Shown here: positions 31,310 to 42,729 of the stretch, piece after piece
Layout: each line of letters begins with the position of its first letter
Position numbering within the stretch: position 1 is the first letter of the stretch
From: an uncultured Aureibaculum sp.
GTDB lineage: Bacteria > Bacteroidota > Bacteroidia > Flavobacteriales > Flavobacteriaceae
Direction of reading: 5' to 3'
Assembly (NCBI GenBank): GCA_965369125.1
Contig: CBDUPN010000001.1
Coordinates: 118,653-182,652 of the forward strand
DNA: 64,000 bases
Program-made: the position numbers and the translations under genes
Notes under the pieces: model-generated
What the model was told of the DNA's origin: nothing
The model's database searches: none
What the model saw: only the letters and a program-made list of their open reading frames with translations

Positions 31310-33001
31310 TTGAAAAGCATATTTACACCATATATATATATAGCATTTTTTTTATTGAATGTCGGATCTGCGATTGGTCAAAAATTGGTATTAAAAATAT
31401 CTTCAAAGGATAGCCTAAATACTGTTTTTGTTAATTCCGTAAAATTTCAAAAAATTCATAATACAGAATCTACTTTATTCCAAACTATCGACTCTGTTAA
31501 AAATCAAATCGAACAAAAGGGTTTTATAAATGCCGCCTTGGATACTATTGTTAAAATAGATTCAATATATAATGTTTATTTTTCTTTGGGTAATATAAGC
31601 AACATTGTTAAAATATTTTATAATAATAAAGATATTAGTGAAGCGCAATTAAAAAGAATGCATTCATCTACGACCGATCAATATTTCATTGTGGAGTCAA
31701 AGAAACTATCCCGCAGTCTCGATCAAATTGTAGGAATATTTGAAAAGCAAGGAAATGCTTTTACCCAGGTTTATTTAAAGGATATCCGTATACATCGTGA
31801 TACCATTGAAGCGTTTTTACATATAAAAGAAGCTAAACCTCGAAAAATCGATAAAGTAATAATTAACGGATATACAGATTTTCCACCAGCCTATCTGAAA
31901 CATTATTTAAAACTAAAGAATAACACATTGTTTAGCAGCAGCAAATTAGAAAGGATATCGGCCAATGTAAAGAATCTAACCTATGTAAGAGAAATAAAAC
32001 CTCCCGAAGTATTATTTACACCTGATTCTACCATGGTGTATTTATATCTAAAAAAGAAAGAGTCGAATAAATTCGATGGATTAATAGGGTTTTCTTCCAA
32101 AGAAACTGGCGGCGGCATTCAGTTTAACGGATATTTAGACCTATCATTAAATAATGTATTTAACAGGGGTGAATCTATAGCCTTTTATTGGAAGAACAAC
32201 GGTAATGAACGACAGGTTTTTAATTTAAATACTTCGGTGCCCTATATTTTTAATTCTCGACTCTCACCTAAGGCAGAACTCAATATTTACAAACAAGATT
32301 CATCGTTCATTAATACAAATTTCAGATTTAATTTACCATATGCATTGAACGAAAGGAACAGCTTGGGTATATCCTTTCAATCTTTATCATCTTCAGATCT
32401 CCTAACAAACAATACCAATACAGCCATTTCTAATTTCAGCAACCTATTTTATGGACTTAATTATGAATATCAAATTCTAAGTGAGCACGCTATTTTCCCC
32501 TCGAGATTTCATATGTTCAGTGAAATTCTCAGAGGGAATAGAAAAACAGAAGGGAATCATACAACTCAAACTAAATTATATCTGAGAACCCATTATTTAT
32601 GGAGTTTAAATTATAGGAATCATATATTCGTTCAGAACGCAAGCAGCACCTTGCTATCTGATGATTTGCTTTTAAATAACGAATTGTTTCGAATTGGAGG
32701 GTCTAATAGCATGCGGGGCTTTAACGAGGAAAGTATATTAACGTCGACGTATAGTTATTTCAATCTAGAATACCGGATCCTTACGAATAACACTTCCTAT
32801 TTGTATTCAATAACCGATGCTGGCTATATTGAAAATAATGTCATTGATAAAGCCTCAAAACTTTATGCCATTGGTGTTGGATATGCTTTTACCACGAAAT
32901 TTGGATTCTTAGATCTCAGCTATGCATTTGGTGGCATCTCGAATGAACCTTTTAATCTAGATAATTCTCGATTTCATTTAAAAATTATCAGTTTTTTTTA
33001 A
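31310..33001 (+). CDS. Omp85/BamA-TamA-like outer membrane protein with POTRA-like N-terminus
   Basis: TTG start after a TATTTTTG element (31295-31302); signal peptide; LFRIGG..MRGFNE loop-6-like motif; amphipathic strands; C-terminal Phe. Confidence 0.65.
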   Translation: MKSIFTPYIYIAFFLLNVGSAIGQKLVLKISSKDSLNTVFVNSVKFQKIHNTESTLFQTIDSVKNQIEQKGFINAALDTIVKIDSIYNVYFSLGNISNIVKIFYNNKDISEAQLKRMHSSTTDQYFIVESKKLSRSLDQIVGIFEKQGNAFTQVYLKDIRIHRDTIEAFLHIKEAKPRKIDKVIINGYTDFPPAYLKHYLKLKNNTLFSSSKLERISANVKNLTYVREIKPPEVLFTPDSTMVYLYLKKKESNKFDGLIGFSSKETGGGIQFNGYLDLSLNNVFNRGESIAFYWKNNGNERQVFNLNTSVPYIFNSRLSPKAELNIYKQDSSFINTNFRFNLPYALNERNSLGISFQSLSSSDLLTNNTNTAISNFSNLFYGLNYEYQILSEHAIFPSRFHMFSEILRGNRKTEGNHTTQTKLYLRTHYLWSLNYRNHIFVQNASSTLLSDDLLLNNELFRIGGSNSMRGFNEESILTSTYSYFNLEYRILTNNTSYLYSITDAGYIENNVIDKASKLYAIGVGYAFTTKFGFLDLSYAFGGISNEPFNLDNSRFHLKIISFF

Positions 33002-33209
33002 TCTATCTATTGTTAAATTAATTGATATTGCAAAATATAGATAAAAAACATGTTCTATACTTATATTTTTAACATTTTATTTATTTATAACATATTATAT
33101 GTAGCATTTTAATAAAAATAATTTAATAAATCTTTAAATTAACACCTAATTCTTGTTTTATTAACATTTTATTTAGATTTTTGTTTCTTATAATTCAAAT
33201 AAAGATAAC

Positions 33210-36200
33210 ATGAAAACAAAGTTACATGGATTTTTAACGCTATTATTGGCGTTTTTGGTGCAATTAACCTTTGCACAAGAAAAAACTATCACGGGTACGG
33301 TTACTGATGAATCAGGACCATTACCAGGTGTGAGTATATTGATTAAAGGTACCACAACCGGTGCCGAAACCGATTTTGACGGTAATTACACCATTCAAGC
33401 AAATACAGGTGATGTTCTTGTATTTAGTTTTATTGGAATGTCAACTCAAGAAAGAGTGGTTGGTGCTGCTAACACAATTAATGTTGTATTGGTTGCCGAT
33501 AATATTCTTGAAGAGGTTGTAGTTACAGGGTATGCTTCTGTAAGAAAAACGGAGGTAACCGGTTCTACGGTGCAACTTAAATCAGAAGAATTTGATATGG
33601 TGCCTGTGGCGTCAGTAGATCAAGCACTTCAAGGAAAAGTTGCCGGATTACAATTTAGTGGTAATTCTGGTACACCTGGTTCTACAACTAATATTAGAAT
33701 TAGGGGTAGAAGTTCTATTACAGCAGGTAATGAACCTTTATATGTGATTGACGGTGTTCCTATGGTTAACACAAATACTTCTGCAACTACATCAGGTTCA
33801 TCATTATCTCCACTAGCCAGTATAAACAGTAATAATATAGAAAGTATAACTGTTTTAAAGGATGCATCTGCAACTGCTGCTTATGGTGCCAGAGGTGCCA
33901 ACGGGGTAATTGTTATTACCACCAAAAGTGGACGTTCAGGAAAAACGACTTTTAACTTTAGTTCATCTTATGGTTTTGCCAATGATGCTACTAAGGGGCC
34001 AGATCCTTTAACAGGTGCCGAAAGGGAGGAACTTTTTTATGAAGCCCTTTTTAATACTTATGGAGCAGATTTTGGATTTACAATAGATGGAGCACAGGAC
34101 TTTTATGAAAGTTATCCGGGTTCTTTTGGTACAGATTATACTACTTGGAATGCTGCTGGTAGGCCAGAAGCAAATTGGAAAAAAGTGATTACCAATAATG
34201 ATGCACCAATAATGGATTATAACTTTTCTGCCAGTGGTGGAACTGAAGATTATAATTTTTATGCGTCTTTAGGTTATTTTGATCAAGAAGCTACCGTTAT
34301 AGGTAGTAATTTCGACAGAATTACAGGTCAACTTAATTTTAGTAAAAACCTGTCGGATAAGTTAAAATTCAGTACGATTAATTCTGCTGCACATTCCTTT
34401 CAAGATGGTTTGTTGGAAACTAGTGCCTATTTTTCTTCACCCCGTTCGGTAGTATATTTTATGCCTCCGATCGATCAGCCATATACTGATGATGGTGAAA
34501 TTAATGTGCTTGATCCTGGTACATCATTACCAAATCCATTATGGATAGCACAGGAAGATATAGATGATTCTAAATTAACTAGAATTTTATCAAATCAATC
34601 ACTCGACTGGGAAACTCCGATTAAAAACCTAAGTCTTAGTAGTAAAATAACTATAGATTATCAAGTTTATAATTACAAGCGTTATAGAAATAGAATAAGA
34701 GGTGATGGTGCTAGTTCTGATGGTTATGGATGGCAAGCGCACAGTAACAGAGCAAATTATGTGTTTCAAAACGCTATAGATTATACCTGGGAATTAAATG
34801 ACGATCATACTTTCGATTTTAAATTATTACAGGAATATCAAAAAAATAGATTTTACTATTTAGAGGCCGATGGTGACTCTTTTCCAACTGATGGTTTAAC
34901 AAACCTCGCTTCAGCGGGTAACCCAACTACAGCAAATTCGTTCTATACTGACTGGTCTATTGCCTCTTATTTGGGTATCATGCATTATACGGCATTTGAC
35001 GCCAGATATGTATTCGATGCGACCTTTAGAAGAGAAGGTAGTTCTCGTTTTGCTCCTGATGAAAGATGGGGTAATTTTTGGTCTGTAGGTGCAGCATGGA
35101 ATATGCACAAAGAAAGCTTCTTAGAAAATAGTGACTTCTTAAATAATTTAAAATTAAGAGGTTCTTATGGTGTTACTGGTAATGCTTCAATAAATTTAAA
35201 TCAATATCAGGCTTTGTTTGCATTTGATTCGAATTATGCCGGTGAAGGAGCTGCATACCCAAGTACTTTTGGTAATGATAAATTATCGTGGGAAACATCC
35301 TATACTTTAGACTTAGGTCTTGACTTTGGATTATTCAATAACAGGGTTAACGGTTCTCTTGCTTATTATCGAAGAGAATCTAAAGACCTGCTTCTTGATG
35401 TACCACTATCTTTAACAACTGGTTTTACTTCTCAAACAAGAAATATTGGTAGAATGGAGAATAAAGGTTTGGAAGCTGAGTTAAACTTTGATATCATTAA
35501 AACAGAAGATTTTAACTTGTCTCTTGGAGGTAATGTAGCTACGAATGATAATGAAGTGTTAGAATTGGCTAAAGATGCGAATGGTGAAGAGATCAATATT
35601 TCTGGCGGAACTCAACGAGTAGAAACCGGTCATCCTGTTTATGGATGGTATTTGAGAGAGTGGGCAGGTGTCGATCCTGATAATGGAGACGAATTATATT
35701 ACACCGAAGGTGCAGGTAGTGAAACTACTAACAATTGGAATGACGCAGAACAAGTTTGGATGGGCGGCAGTGCCTTACCAACGATAACTGCAGGATTGAA
35801 TTTCCATGTTGATTTTAAAGGGTTCTTTTTAGATGCCAATGCATATTATGCAGGAGGCCATAAAGTTTATGAAGACTGGCATCGTTATACCGCCGGTAGA
35901 GACTTGTTTTCTCTGTTATATTACCAAGGTACAGATGCCATGTTAGACAGATGGCAACAACCTGGTGACGTTGCAAGATTTGGTAGAATGCAGGCAACAA
36001 CATTCCCATGGCAACTTAATTCGAAATTTTTATACGATGGTGATTATATGAGAATCAAAAATCTTACTTTTGGTTATGACTTTAATTATAATTTCCTTGA
36101 AACCATAAAAGTAGACGGATTTAGAGTATTCGTTCGCGGTACAAATCTATTCACATGGGTAAAAGACGATCGTTTGGAATATGACCCTGAAGTTGACACA

Positions 36201-36269
36201 AGTGGATTTACATCCTTAACTACTCCTCCTGTTAAGTCGATCATTTTAGGAATTAATATTAAATTTTAA
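33210..36269 (+). CDS. SusC/RagA-family TonB-linked outer membrane transporter
   Basis: CarboxypepD-reg-like N-domain, EEVVVTGY TonB box, VLKDASATAAYGARGANGVIVITTK plug motif. Confidence 0.93.
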   Translation: MKTKLHGFLTLLLAFLVQLTFAQEKTITGTVTDESGPLPGVSILIKGTTTGAETDFDGNYTIQANTGDVLVFSFIGMSTQERVVGAANTINVVLVADNILEEVVVTGYASVRKTEVTGSTVQLKSEEFDMVPVASVDQALQGKVAGLQFSGNSGTPGSTTNIRIRGRSSITAGNEPLYVIDGVPMVNTNTSATTSGSSLSPLASINSNNIESITVLKDASATAAYGARGANGVIVITTKSGRSGKTTFNFSSSYGFANDATKGPDPLTGAEREELFYEALFNTYGADFGFTIDGAQDFYESYPGSFGTDYTTWNAAGRPEANWKKVITNNDAPIMDYNFSASGGTEDYNFYASLGYFDQEATVIGSNFDRITGQLNFSKNLSDKLKFSTINSAAHSFQDGLLETSAYFSSPRSVVYFMPPIDQPYTDDGEINVLDPGTSLPNPLWIAQEDIDDSKLTRILSNQSLDWETPIKNLSLSSKITIDYQVYNYKRYRNRIRGDGASSDGYGWQAHSNRANYVFQNAIDYTWELNDDHTFDFKLLQEYQKNRFYYLEADGDSFPTDGLTNLASAGNPTTANSFYTDWSIASYLGIMHYTAFDARYVFDATFRREGSSRFAPDERWGNFWSVGAAWNMHKESFLENSDFLNNLKLRGSYGVTGNASINLNQYQALFAFDSNYAGEGAAYPSTFGNDKLSWETSYTLDLGLDFGLFNNRVNGSLAYYRRESKDLLLDVPLSLTTGFTSQTRNIGRMENKGLEAELNFDIIKTEDFNLSLGGNVATNDNEVLELAKDANGEEINISGGTQRVETGHPVYGWYLREWAGVDPDNGDELYYTEGAGSETTNNWNDAEQVWMGGSALPTITAGLNFHVDFKGFFLDANAYYAGGHKVYEDWHRYTAGRDLFSLLYYQGTDAMLDRWQQPGDVARFGRMQATTFPWQLNSKFLYDGDYMRIKNLTFGYDFNYNFLETIKVDGFRVFVRGTNLFTWVKDDRLEYDPEVDTSGFTSLTTPPVKSIILGINIKF

Positions 36270-36275
36270 GAAATC

Positions 36276-37640
36276 ATGAAAAAAATAAATATCTTATATA
36301 CATTATTATTTATATTTTTTATTTCATTTACTGCATGTTCAACCGATGATTTAGAACCTAGCTTGGAACAAAATCAGTCTGTTGAGGGTAGTATCGTAGA
36401 TGTAAATAATTTATATAGTGTTCTAAAAGGAGCATACAGCCAAATGACAGTTTCCGGTTATTATGGCAGAGATCTAATTGCAACAAATGAAGTTCGTACC
36501 GACAATTGTTTTTCGAATGGTAATTCCGGACGATTTACTACACAGGCTTCATTTACCTATACCGAGAATACCGGATATTTTTGGGACGAAGCTTATAGCA
36601 CTATTGCTGATGTAAATATTATCATAAATACTGATGTAACTACCCTAACGGGAGATCAAGAATATGGGAAACATTTACAAGGTCAGGCTTATGCTATTAG
36701 AGCATTGGTACATTTTGATCTTTTAAAGCAATATGGCCAGGTAAATACCGGTGGAACCCTAGGTGTACCTTATGTTACAGAATTTAAAGGTGAGGATCTG
36801 TTTCCAGCGAGAAATACGGTTGCAGAAGTGAAAACCTTTATAATGGATGACCTGACAAATGCTTTTAACCTTATGAGCGATAGTTTTTTCGATGCTAGTA
36901 AAGAGTTTATGTCAAAATATACTGCCAAAGCTTTAGAATCCAGAGTAGCTATCTATTTTGGTGATTGGCCAACGGCAAGAACTGCTGCAGAAGATGTTAT
37001 AAATTCAGGGCTATATTCTATTATTAGTGCCGATAATTTTGTTGGCAGTTGGGCAGGAAAAGGAAATTCGAATTCAATTTTCGAACTTGCCTATAGCGCT
37101 ACCGATAACCAGGGAATTAATGGCCTTGCATATATATATAGACAAGGTGCGACAGGAAGTTATGGTGATGTGCAAGTTCTAGCAAATGTAGAAGACCTTT
37201 ACGAAGATGGTGATGTTAGAGCAGGAATTTTAGGATATGAAGGTGATAAATTGAGAAATTTAGGCAAATATCCTGATCTTCAAGGTTATGATAATGTACC
37301 TATTATTAGATATGAGGAGGTTATTTTAAACTATGCTGAAGCTTTGTTTGAAACAAGTGGGGACGCATTAACGCAATTAAACTTAATCACATCAAATAGA
37401 GGAGCTACTGCTTATACATCTGTAACAAAAGAGGATATTCTTAACGAAAGACGAAAAGAACTAATGTTTGAAGGTTTCCGTTTTGATGATCTAATGAGAA
37501 CAGGTAGCGATATCGAAAAGATCGATTTTAACCAAAACTTTGCAAGCACCATTCCTTATGGCGATTTTAGATTAGCCTGGGCAATTCCTAGGGCCGAAAT
37601 TGACGCCAATTCGAATATGGTTCAAAACGATGGTTATTAA
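36276..37640 (+). CDS. RagB/SusD-family nutrient-binding lipoprotein
   Basis: Lipobox FTA-C, RALVHFDLL, IRYEEVILNYAEA, ERRKELMFEG.RFDDL, QNDGY. Confidence 0.9.
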   Translation: MKKINILYTLLFIFFISFTACSTDDLEPSLEQNQSVEGSIVDVNNLYSVLKGAYSQMTVSGYYGRDLIATNEVRTDNCFSNGNSGRFTTQASFTYTENTGYFWDEAYSTIADVNIIINTDVTTLTGDQEYGKHLQGQAYAIRALVHFDLLKQYGQVNTGGTLGVPYVTEFKGEDLFPARNTVAEVKTFIMDDLTNAFNLMSDSFFDASKEFMSKYTAKALESRVAIYFGDWPTARTAAEDVINSGLYSIISADNFVGSWAGKGNSNSIFELAYSATDNQGINGLAYIYRQGATGSYGDVQVLANVEDLYEDGDVRAGILGYEGDKLRNLGKYPDLQGYDNVPIIRYEEVILNYAEALFETSGDALTQLNLITSNRGATAYTSVTKEDILNERRKELMFEGFRFDDLMRTGSDIEKIDFNQNFASTIPYGDFRLAWAIPRAEIDANSNMVQNDGY

Positions 37641-37657
37641 TAATATTAATTTTTAAT

Positions 37658-37687
37658 AAAAAACCACCTTAAAAAAGGTGGTTTTTT
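37658..37687 (+). terminator. Intrinsic terminator after the first SusC/D pair
   Basis: AAAAAACCACCTT-aaaa-AAGGTGGTTTTTT. Confidence 0.8.
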
Positions 37688-38104
37688 ATTTTATATACTT
37701 TTAAAAATCGGAATGCCAGTTGCGAATAGTTCTTGCTTTAGATTTATATGGTAAAGTTAATCTTTATATTAGATGGTGATTATGGTACAGGCATAGTTTT
37801 ACCAATCAATTAAAATAAAAATACTTGATATAATTAAATAAACAAGGATTTAACCGCTGCCAAGAAATATAAAATTGTTTTTTTACTACTCATACTGTAC
37901 CTTCCTCAAATAAAAGGTTTTTAAAAAATTTATATTTTTATTTAGAATTAACGCAACTAAAATTATATCAATGCATCTAAGTTTAAATATACCATCATCT
38001 TCTTAAGATTTATTTAACAATTTTATAAATATTTTATGTTAAAAAATAGGATTTTTAACTAATTATTAAGACTTTTGGCTCAAATTAATTCAAATAATTA
38101 TACA

Positions 38105-41100
38105 ATGAAAACAAAGTTTAGTGGAATTTTAACGCTATTACTGGCGTTTATGGTGCAAATAACATTTGCACAGGAAAAAACTATCACTGGTACTGTGACT
38201 GATGAATCAGGGCCATTGCCAGGCGTTAGTATAATAATTAAAGGAACTACATCTGGTACAGAAACCGACTTTGATGGGAAATATACCCTTCAAGCTAGTG
38301 TTGGTGATGTACTTGTATACAGTTTTGTAGGTATGTCTAGTCAAGAGGCTACGGTTGGCGTTTCAAATACTATCAATATAGTGTTGAAAGCCGATAACGT
38401 TCTTGAAGAGGTTGTAGTTACTGCTGTAGGTATTTCCAGAAGAGAAAAAGAACTTGGATACAATGTTCAAAGTGTGAGTGCTGAAGAAATAAGCGCAAAA
38501 CCAAATGCCGATATTGTTAACTCATTGGCAGGAGCAACATCTGGTGTGCAAGTTGTTAGTTCATCTGGTGAAGCCGGGGCTTCTACATTTATTACTATTA
38601 GGGGTTCATCTTCTATTACTGGTAATAACCAACCTTTATTTGTGGTGAACGGTATGCCTATCATCTCAGGTGGTGGATCAAGTGATGTTGGAGGAACAAA
38701 TACATCCAGCAGATCTATTGACATCAACCCTGATGATATCGAATCGCTTTCAGTACTAAAGGGTGGTGCTGCAACAGCATTATATGGTGTAAGAGCGGCA
38801 AACGGTGCGGTTATTATTACAACTAAAAGTGGTAAGAATCTAACAGCAAGAAAAATTGAATTCCATAGTTCTTATGCAATTGATATGGTATCTCAATTAC
38901 CGGAAAGACAAAAGAAATATGCACAAGGAAGTGGCGGTGTCTGGTCAAGTGGAAATGCGGCTTCTTGGGGGCCTGAAATCTCTAGCTTAGAATATGACGG
39001 AGATACTTCTTATAAATGGGATCCATTCGGACGTTTAGTTCCAGCCGGAACAGGAAATGGGAATCCTGCGAGATATTACGATCCTTACGAATTCTTCCAA
39101 CATGGAGCACAGAGCAATAATCGCTTTAGTATAGCGAATGGAAGTGATCAAGGAAATTACTTTTTCTCACTTTCTAATCTAGAACAAGATGGTATCATAC
39201 CAAATAACCAATATGGTAGAACAACGGTTCGTTTAAATGCTTCAACAAAATTATCAGAGAATGCTACTTTTGGAGCTGATATGTCTTATACCAATTCAAG
39301 AGCCGTTCAAATTCAAAAAGGTTCGAATGTTTCTGGTATTATGCTAGGTCTATTAAGAACAGCTACTACTTTTGATAACAGTGCTGGTTATGAATTTGCA
39401 GACGGTACTCAAAGAAACTACCGAAATGGTGGTGGTTATGATAACCCTTATTGGACAGCAAATAATATCAAATTTGATGAAGATATAAACCGTTTTGTAG
39501 GTGGCGTGAATTTGAATATGAAATTTACAGATTGGTTTAGTTTAGGTTATAATGCCGGTATCGACTGGTATAACAGAAGATATGTTGATCAATTTAAAAT
39601 TGGATCAAGAGGTAATCCAACTGGTTACCTAGGTGAATATTCTAATTTCTCCAGTGTTGTGAATTCCGATTTATTATTGAATTTCCAAACTGACATTACT
39701 GATGACTTTAATGCAAAATTAACATTAGGTAATAACTTTTATTCTCAATATAATAAATGGTTATTTGGTGATGCCACAGGTTTATCAATTCCAGATTTCT
39801 ATCAATTGAATAATACGAGTAATAATACTACTGCAACGAATGTCTATGGTCGTTATAAAACAATGGCTGTATTTGCAGATCTTCAATTGTCATTTATGGA
39901 TATGATCTTCTTAGGTGTAACCGGAAGAAATGACTGGTCAACTACGATGCCAGAACAAAATCGTTCTGCATTCTATCCTTCTGCAAGTTTAGGTTTTGTA
40001 TTTTCACAACTTGAAGGCATGAAAGGTGGCTTTTTATCATTTGGTAAATTAAGAGCCTCTGCTGCAAGAACTGCAAACATTGCTCCTGCATTTAATACTG
40101 ACAATTATTTCTTTGCTGCCGGAACTGCCGATGGTTGGACAAATGGGGTGAATTTCCCTTTCCAAGGTCAAACAGGATTCCAGGTAGGAAATCAGTTAGG
40201 AAATCCAGATCTTAAACACGAAACTCAAGATTCTTGGGAAGTTGGTGCAGATCTAAGATTTTTCAAAAATAGATTAGGTGTTGATTTTACCTATTTTAAC
40301 AATGTAAATAGCGACCTTTTAATGGCTGTGCCAATTGCAGCTTCTTCTGGGTTTACATCTTCATTCTTAAATGCAGCCTCCATGGAGTCTAAGGGTATTG
40401 AAGTTAGCTTAAATGCTACTCCTTTAAAATCTGAAGATTTCCAGTGGGATTTTGTGGTTAACTTTACAAAATTCACAAACATCGTAACAGAATTAGCTGA
40501 AGGTGTTGATAATATATTCTTAGGTGGATTTACAACGCCTCAAGTGCGAGCAGTTGTTGGTGAAGAATACAGAAGTATCTTCGGTGAAGACTGGTACAGA
40601 GACGGTGATGGAAACATATTGATCAATGACGATCCTACAGATTCATATAGAGATGGATATCCTATGACCAATACTGTTCAAGGGTTGGTTCCAATAGGTA
40701 ACTTTAATCCTGATTGGACTGCCAATATGACCAATAATATTAAATACAAAGACCTGTCATTATCATTCTTAATTGATGTGAAATCTGGTGGAGTTATGTA
40801 TAATGGTACTGCTTTTGCGATGAATTTCTTTGGTGTACACGGTCGTACAGTAAACAGAGAAGTGTATTATAATACTGATGGTAGTATTAATTTCGATCTT
40901 ACCCCAGCTGAAAACCTTAGAGTATTTGATGGCGTATATGGGCATGTAGTTAATGGTGTAGGTGTTTCAAGTGGAGAACAAAATGTAACTCCAGTAGTTG
41001 AAGACGAAGCTTGGTTTACAGGACAAGGTAGTAACTTTGGTGGCGGACCATCATCTGCCGCTATGGAGCCTGCTGATTGGGTTCGTTTGAGAGATATTAC

Positions 41101-41305
41101 ATTGGCATATGATTTACCAAAAATTGCTGACTTCATTAAAGAAGGTCAAATATATTTCACAGGTAGAAACTTATGGATAAGTACTCCTTATACCGGCATT
41201 GACCCTGAAACCAGTTTACTTGGAGCAGATAATGCACAAGGGATGGATTATTTTAACAGCCCGGGTACAAAAACCATATTGATGGGTATTAAATTGACAT
41301 TTTAA
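38105..41305 (+). CDS. SusC/RagA-family TonB-linked outer membrane transporter
   Basis: Probable start MKTKF at 38105; DINPDDIESLSVLKGGAATALYG plug motif; C-terminal Phe. Confidence 0.93.
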   Translation: MKTKFSGILTLLLAFMVQITFAQEKTITGTVTDESGPLPGVSIIIKGTTSGTETDFDGKYTLQASVGDVLVYSFVGMSSQEATVGVSNTINIVLKADNVLEEVVVTAVGISRREKELGYNVQSVSAEEISAKPNADIVNSLAGATSGVQVVSSSGEAGASTFITIRGSSSITGNNQPLFVVNGMPIISGGGSSDVGGTNTSSRSIDINPDDIESLSVLKGGAATALYGVRAANGAVIITTKSGKNLTARKIEFHSSYAIDMVSQLPERQKKYAQGSGGVWSSGNAASWGPEISSLEYDGDTSYKWDPFGRLVPAGTGNGNPARYYDPYEFFQHGAQSNNRFSIANGSDQGNYFFSLSNLEQDGIIPNNQYGRTTVRLNASTKLSENATFGADMSYTNSRAVQIQKGSNVSGIMLGLLRTATTFDNSAGYEFADGTQRNYRNGGGYDNPYWTANNIKFDEDINRFVGGVNLNMKFTDWFSLGYNAGIDWYNRRYVDQFKIGSRGNPTGYLGEYSNFSSVVNSDLLLNFQTDITDDFNAKLTLGNNFYSQYNKWLFGDATGLSIPDFYQLNNTSNNTTATNVYGRYKTMAVFADLQLSFMDMIFLGVTGRNDWSTTMPEQNRSAFYPSASLGFVFSQLEGMKGGFLSFGKLRASAARTANIAPAFNTDNYFFAAGTADGWTNGVNFPFQGQTGFQVGNQLGNPDLKHETQDSWEVGADLRFFKNRLGVDFTYFNNVNSDLLMAVPIAASSGFTSSFLNAASMESKGIEVSLNATPLKSEDFQWDFVVNFTKFTNIVTELAEGVDNIFLGGFTTPQVRAVVGEEYRSIFGEDWYRDGDGNILINDDPTDSYRDGYPMTNTVQGLVPIGNFNPDWTANMTNNIKYKDLSLSFLIDVKSGGVMYNGTAFAMNFFGVHGRTVNREVYYNTDGSINFDLTPAENLRVFDGVYGHVVNGVGVSSGEQNVTPVVEDEAWFTGQGSNFGGGPSSAAMEPADWVRLRDITLAYDLPKIADFIKEGQIYFTGRNLWISTPYTGIDPETSLLGADNAQGMDYFNSPGTKTILMGIKLTF

Positions 41306-41322
41306 AAAGTAAAAATTAAATC

Positions 41323-42708
41323 ATGAAAAATATCAAAAAATTTAATATTAAAAACTTAGTGTTGGCATTTTCGCTCATACTAGTTTCGGCATCGTGTGAC
41401 GGATGGATCGATTCGGATTTAAACGTTGAACCGGATTCACCATCAGATGTGCCAATGAGTTTATTATTACCAGCCATCCAACAGGATATGGGCTATAACT
41501 TACTAGGTAATAATAGTGTTAGAACTAATAATATTTGGATGCAACAATTTGATGGAACAGACCGTCAGTCGTTTACAGAAGCCAGGTATCAACATACCCC
41601 TGCCGATGTGAATAACCTTTGGGGCTCCATTTATGCATCAGAACTGATCAATTCTAAAATTATTTTAGATAAAGCCACAGTTGAGGGTTCAGAATCTGAT
41701 AATTTTGCTGGTGTTGCCCAGGTCTTAATAGCTACAACCTTAGGAATTACAACAGATCTATTTGGTGATATTCCTTATTCTGAAGCACTAGAAGGATCTA
41801 ATAATGTATTAAAACCTGTGTACGATTCGCAAGAGTCTATATATAATAGCATATTTGGTCTGTTAGACGAGGCTGTTGTTAATTTAAACAGTTCGAGAAA
41901 TGCTGTTCCTGTTAGTGGTGATGTTACTTATGGTGGCAATATTAGTAAATGGATAAAAGCTGCCAATTCTATTAAGGCAAGACATGCGTTACAATTGTCT
42001 AACAGAAATGGTAATGCAGCTTATACGCAAGCGTTAGCAGCTGTTGCCGGTGGGTTTACTTCAAATGCAGATGACTTTTATGTGCCTTTTGAAGATGCAA
42101 ACCGTAATCCTATCTTCCAATTTATGGAGCAAAGAACAGATATACGTATGTCATCAACCTTTGTAAATGCGTTGATAGCAGCGGATGATCCAAGGCTTCC
42201 ATTTTATGTAGCCGAAGATGGTGATGGTAATTACACTGGTAGTGATCCTGGAACGCAAAATAACAATGCCTCTAAGCCAGGAGATTATGTTGCTGCATTT
42301 GATGCTCCTACCTATTTAATGACCTATTCGGAATTGAAATTTATCGAAGCAGAAGCTTTATTGATGACTACAGGTGCGGCATCCGCTCAGGCTGCCTATG
42401 AAGCTGCTGTTGCGGCCTCTGTATTAAGGGTAACCGGAGATGCGAATACTGCATGGTTAGATGCTAACATTAATGGCGTTGCTGTTACCATGGCAACTTT
42501 AATGGAGCAAAAATATATTGATAGCTTCGGTACAAATCAAGCTTATGCAGACTGGAGAAGAACAGGCATGCCTACTATAAATGTTGTACCTGGTGCTGTA
42601 ATACCAAATATCCCAACAAGATTTCCTTATCCACAACAGGAGTTAGATTATAATGGGGATAATGTACCATCGTTTACTATCTCAGATAAACTTTGGTGGG
42701 ATAATTAA
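41323..42708 (+). CDS. SusD/RagB-family lipoprotein (SusD-like_2 type)
   Basis: Lipobox SAS-C, TDLFGDIPYSEAL, PVYDSQESIY, AYADWRRTGMP, LWWD end. Confidence 0.9.
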   Translation: MKNIKKFNIKNLVLAFSLILVSASCDGWIDSDLNVEPDSPSDVPMSLLLPAIQQDMGYNLLGNNSVRTNNIWMQQFDGTDRQSFTEARYQHTPADVNNLWGSIYASELINSKIILDKATVEGSESDNFAGVAQVLIATTLGITTDLFGDIPYSEALEGSNNVLKPVYDSQESIYNSIFGLLDEAVVNLNSSRNAVPVSGDVTYGGNISKWIKAANSIKARHALQLSNRNGNAAYTQALAAVAGGFTSNADDFYVPFEDANRNPIFQFMEQRTDIRMSSTFVNALIAADDPRLPFYVAEDGDGNYTGSDPGTQNNNASKPGDYVAAFDAPTYLMTYSELKFIEAEALLMTTGAASAQAAYEAAVAASVLRVTGDANTAWLDANINGVAVTMATLMEQKYIDSFGTNQAYADWRRTGMPTINVVPGAVIPNIPTRFPYPQQELDYNGDNVPSFTISDKLWWDN

Positions 42709-42729
42709 TAAATAAAAAATTATAAAATA

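Noticed and set aside
33210-38420. Near-identical N-termini of the two SusC proteins suggesting a shufflon or recent gene conversion
   Set aside because: DNA alignment by eye shows many synonymous differences (e.g. ACG/ACT, GGA/GGG, GAT/GAC); no recombinase or crossover repeats seen; best explained by old duplication with purifying selection
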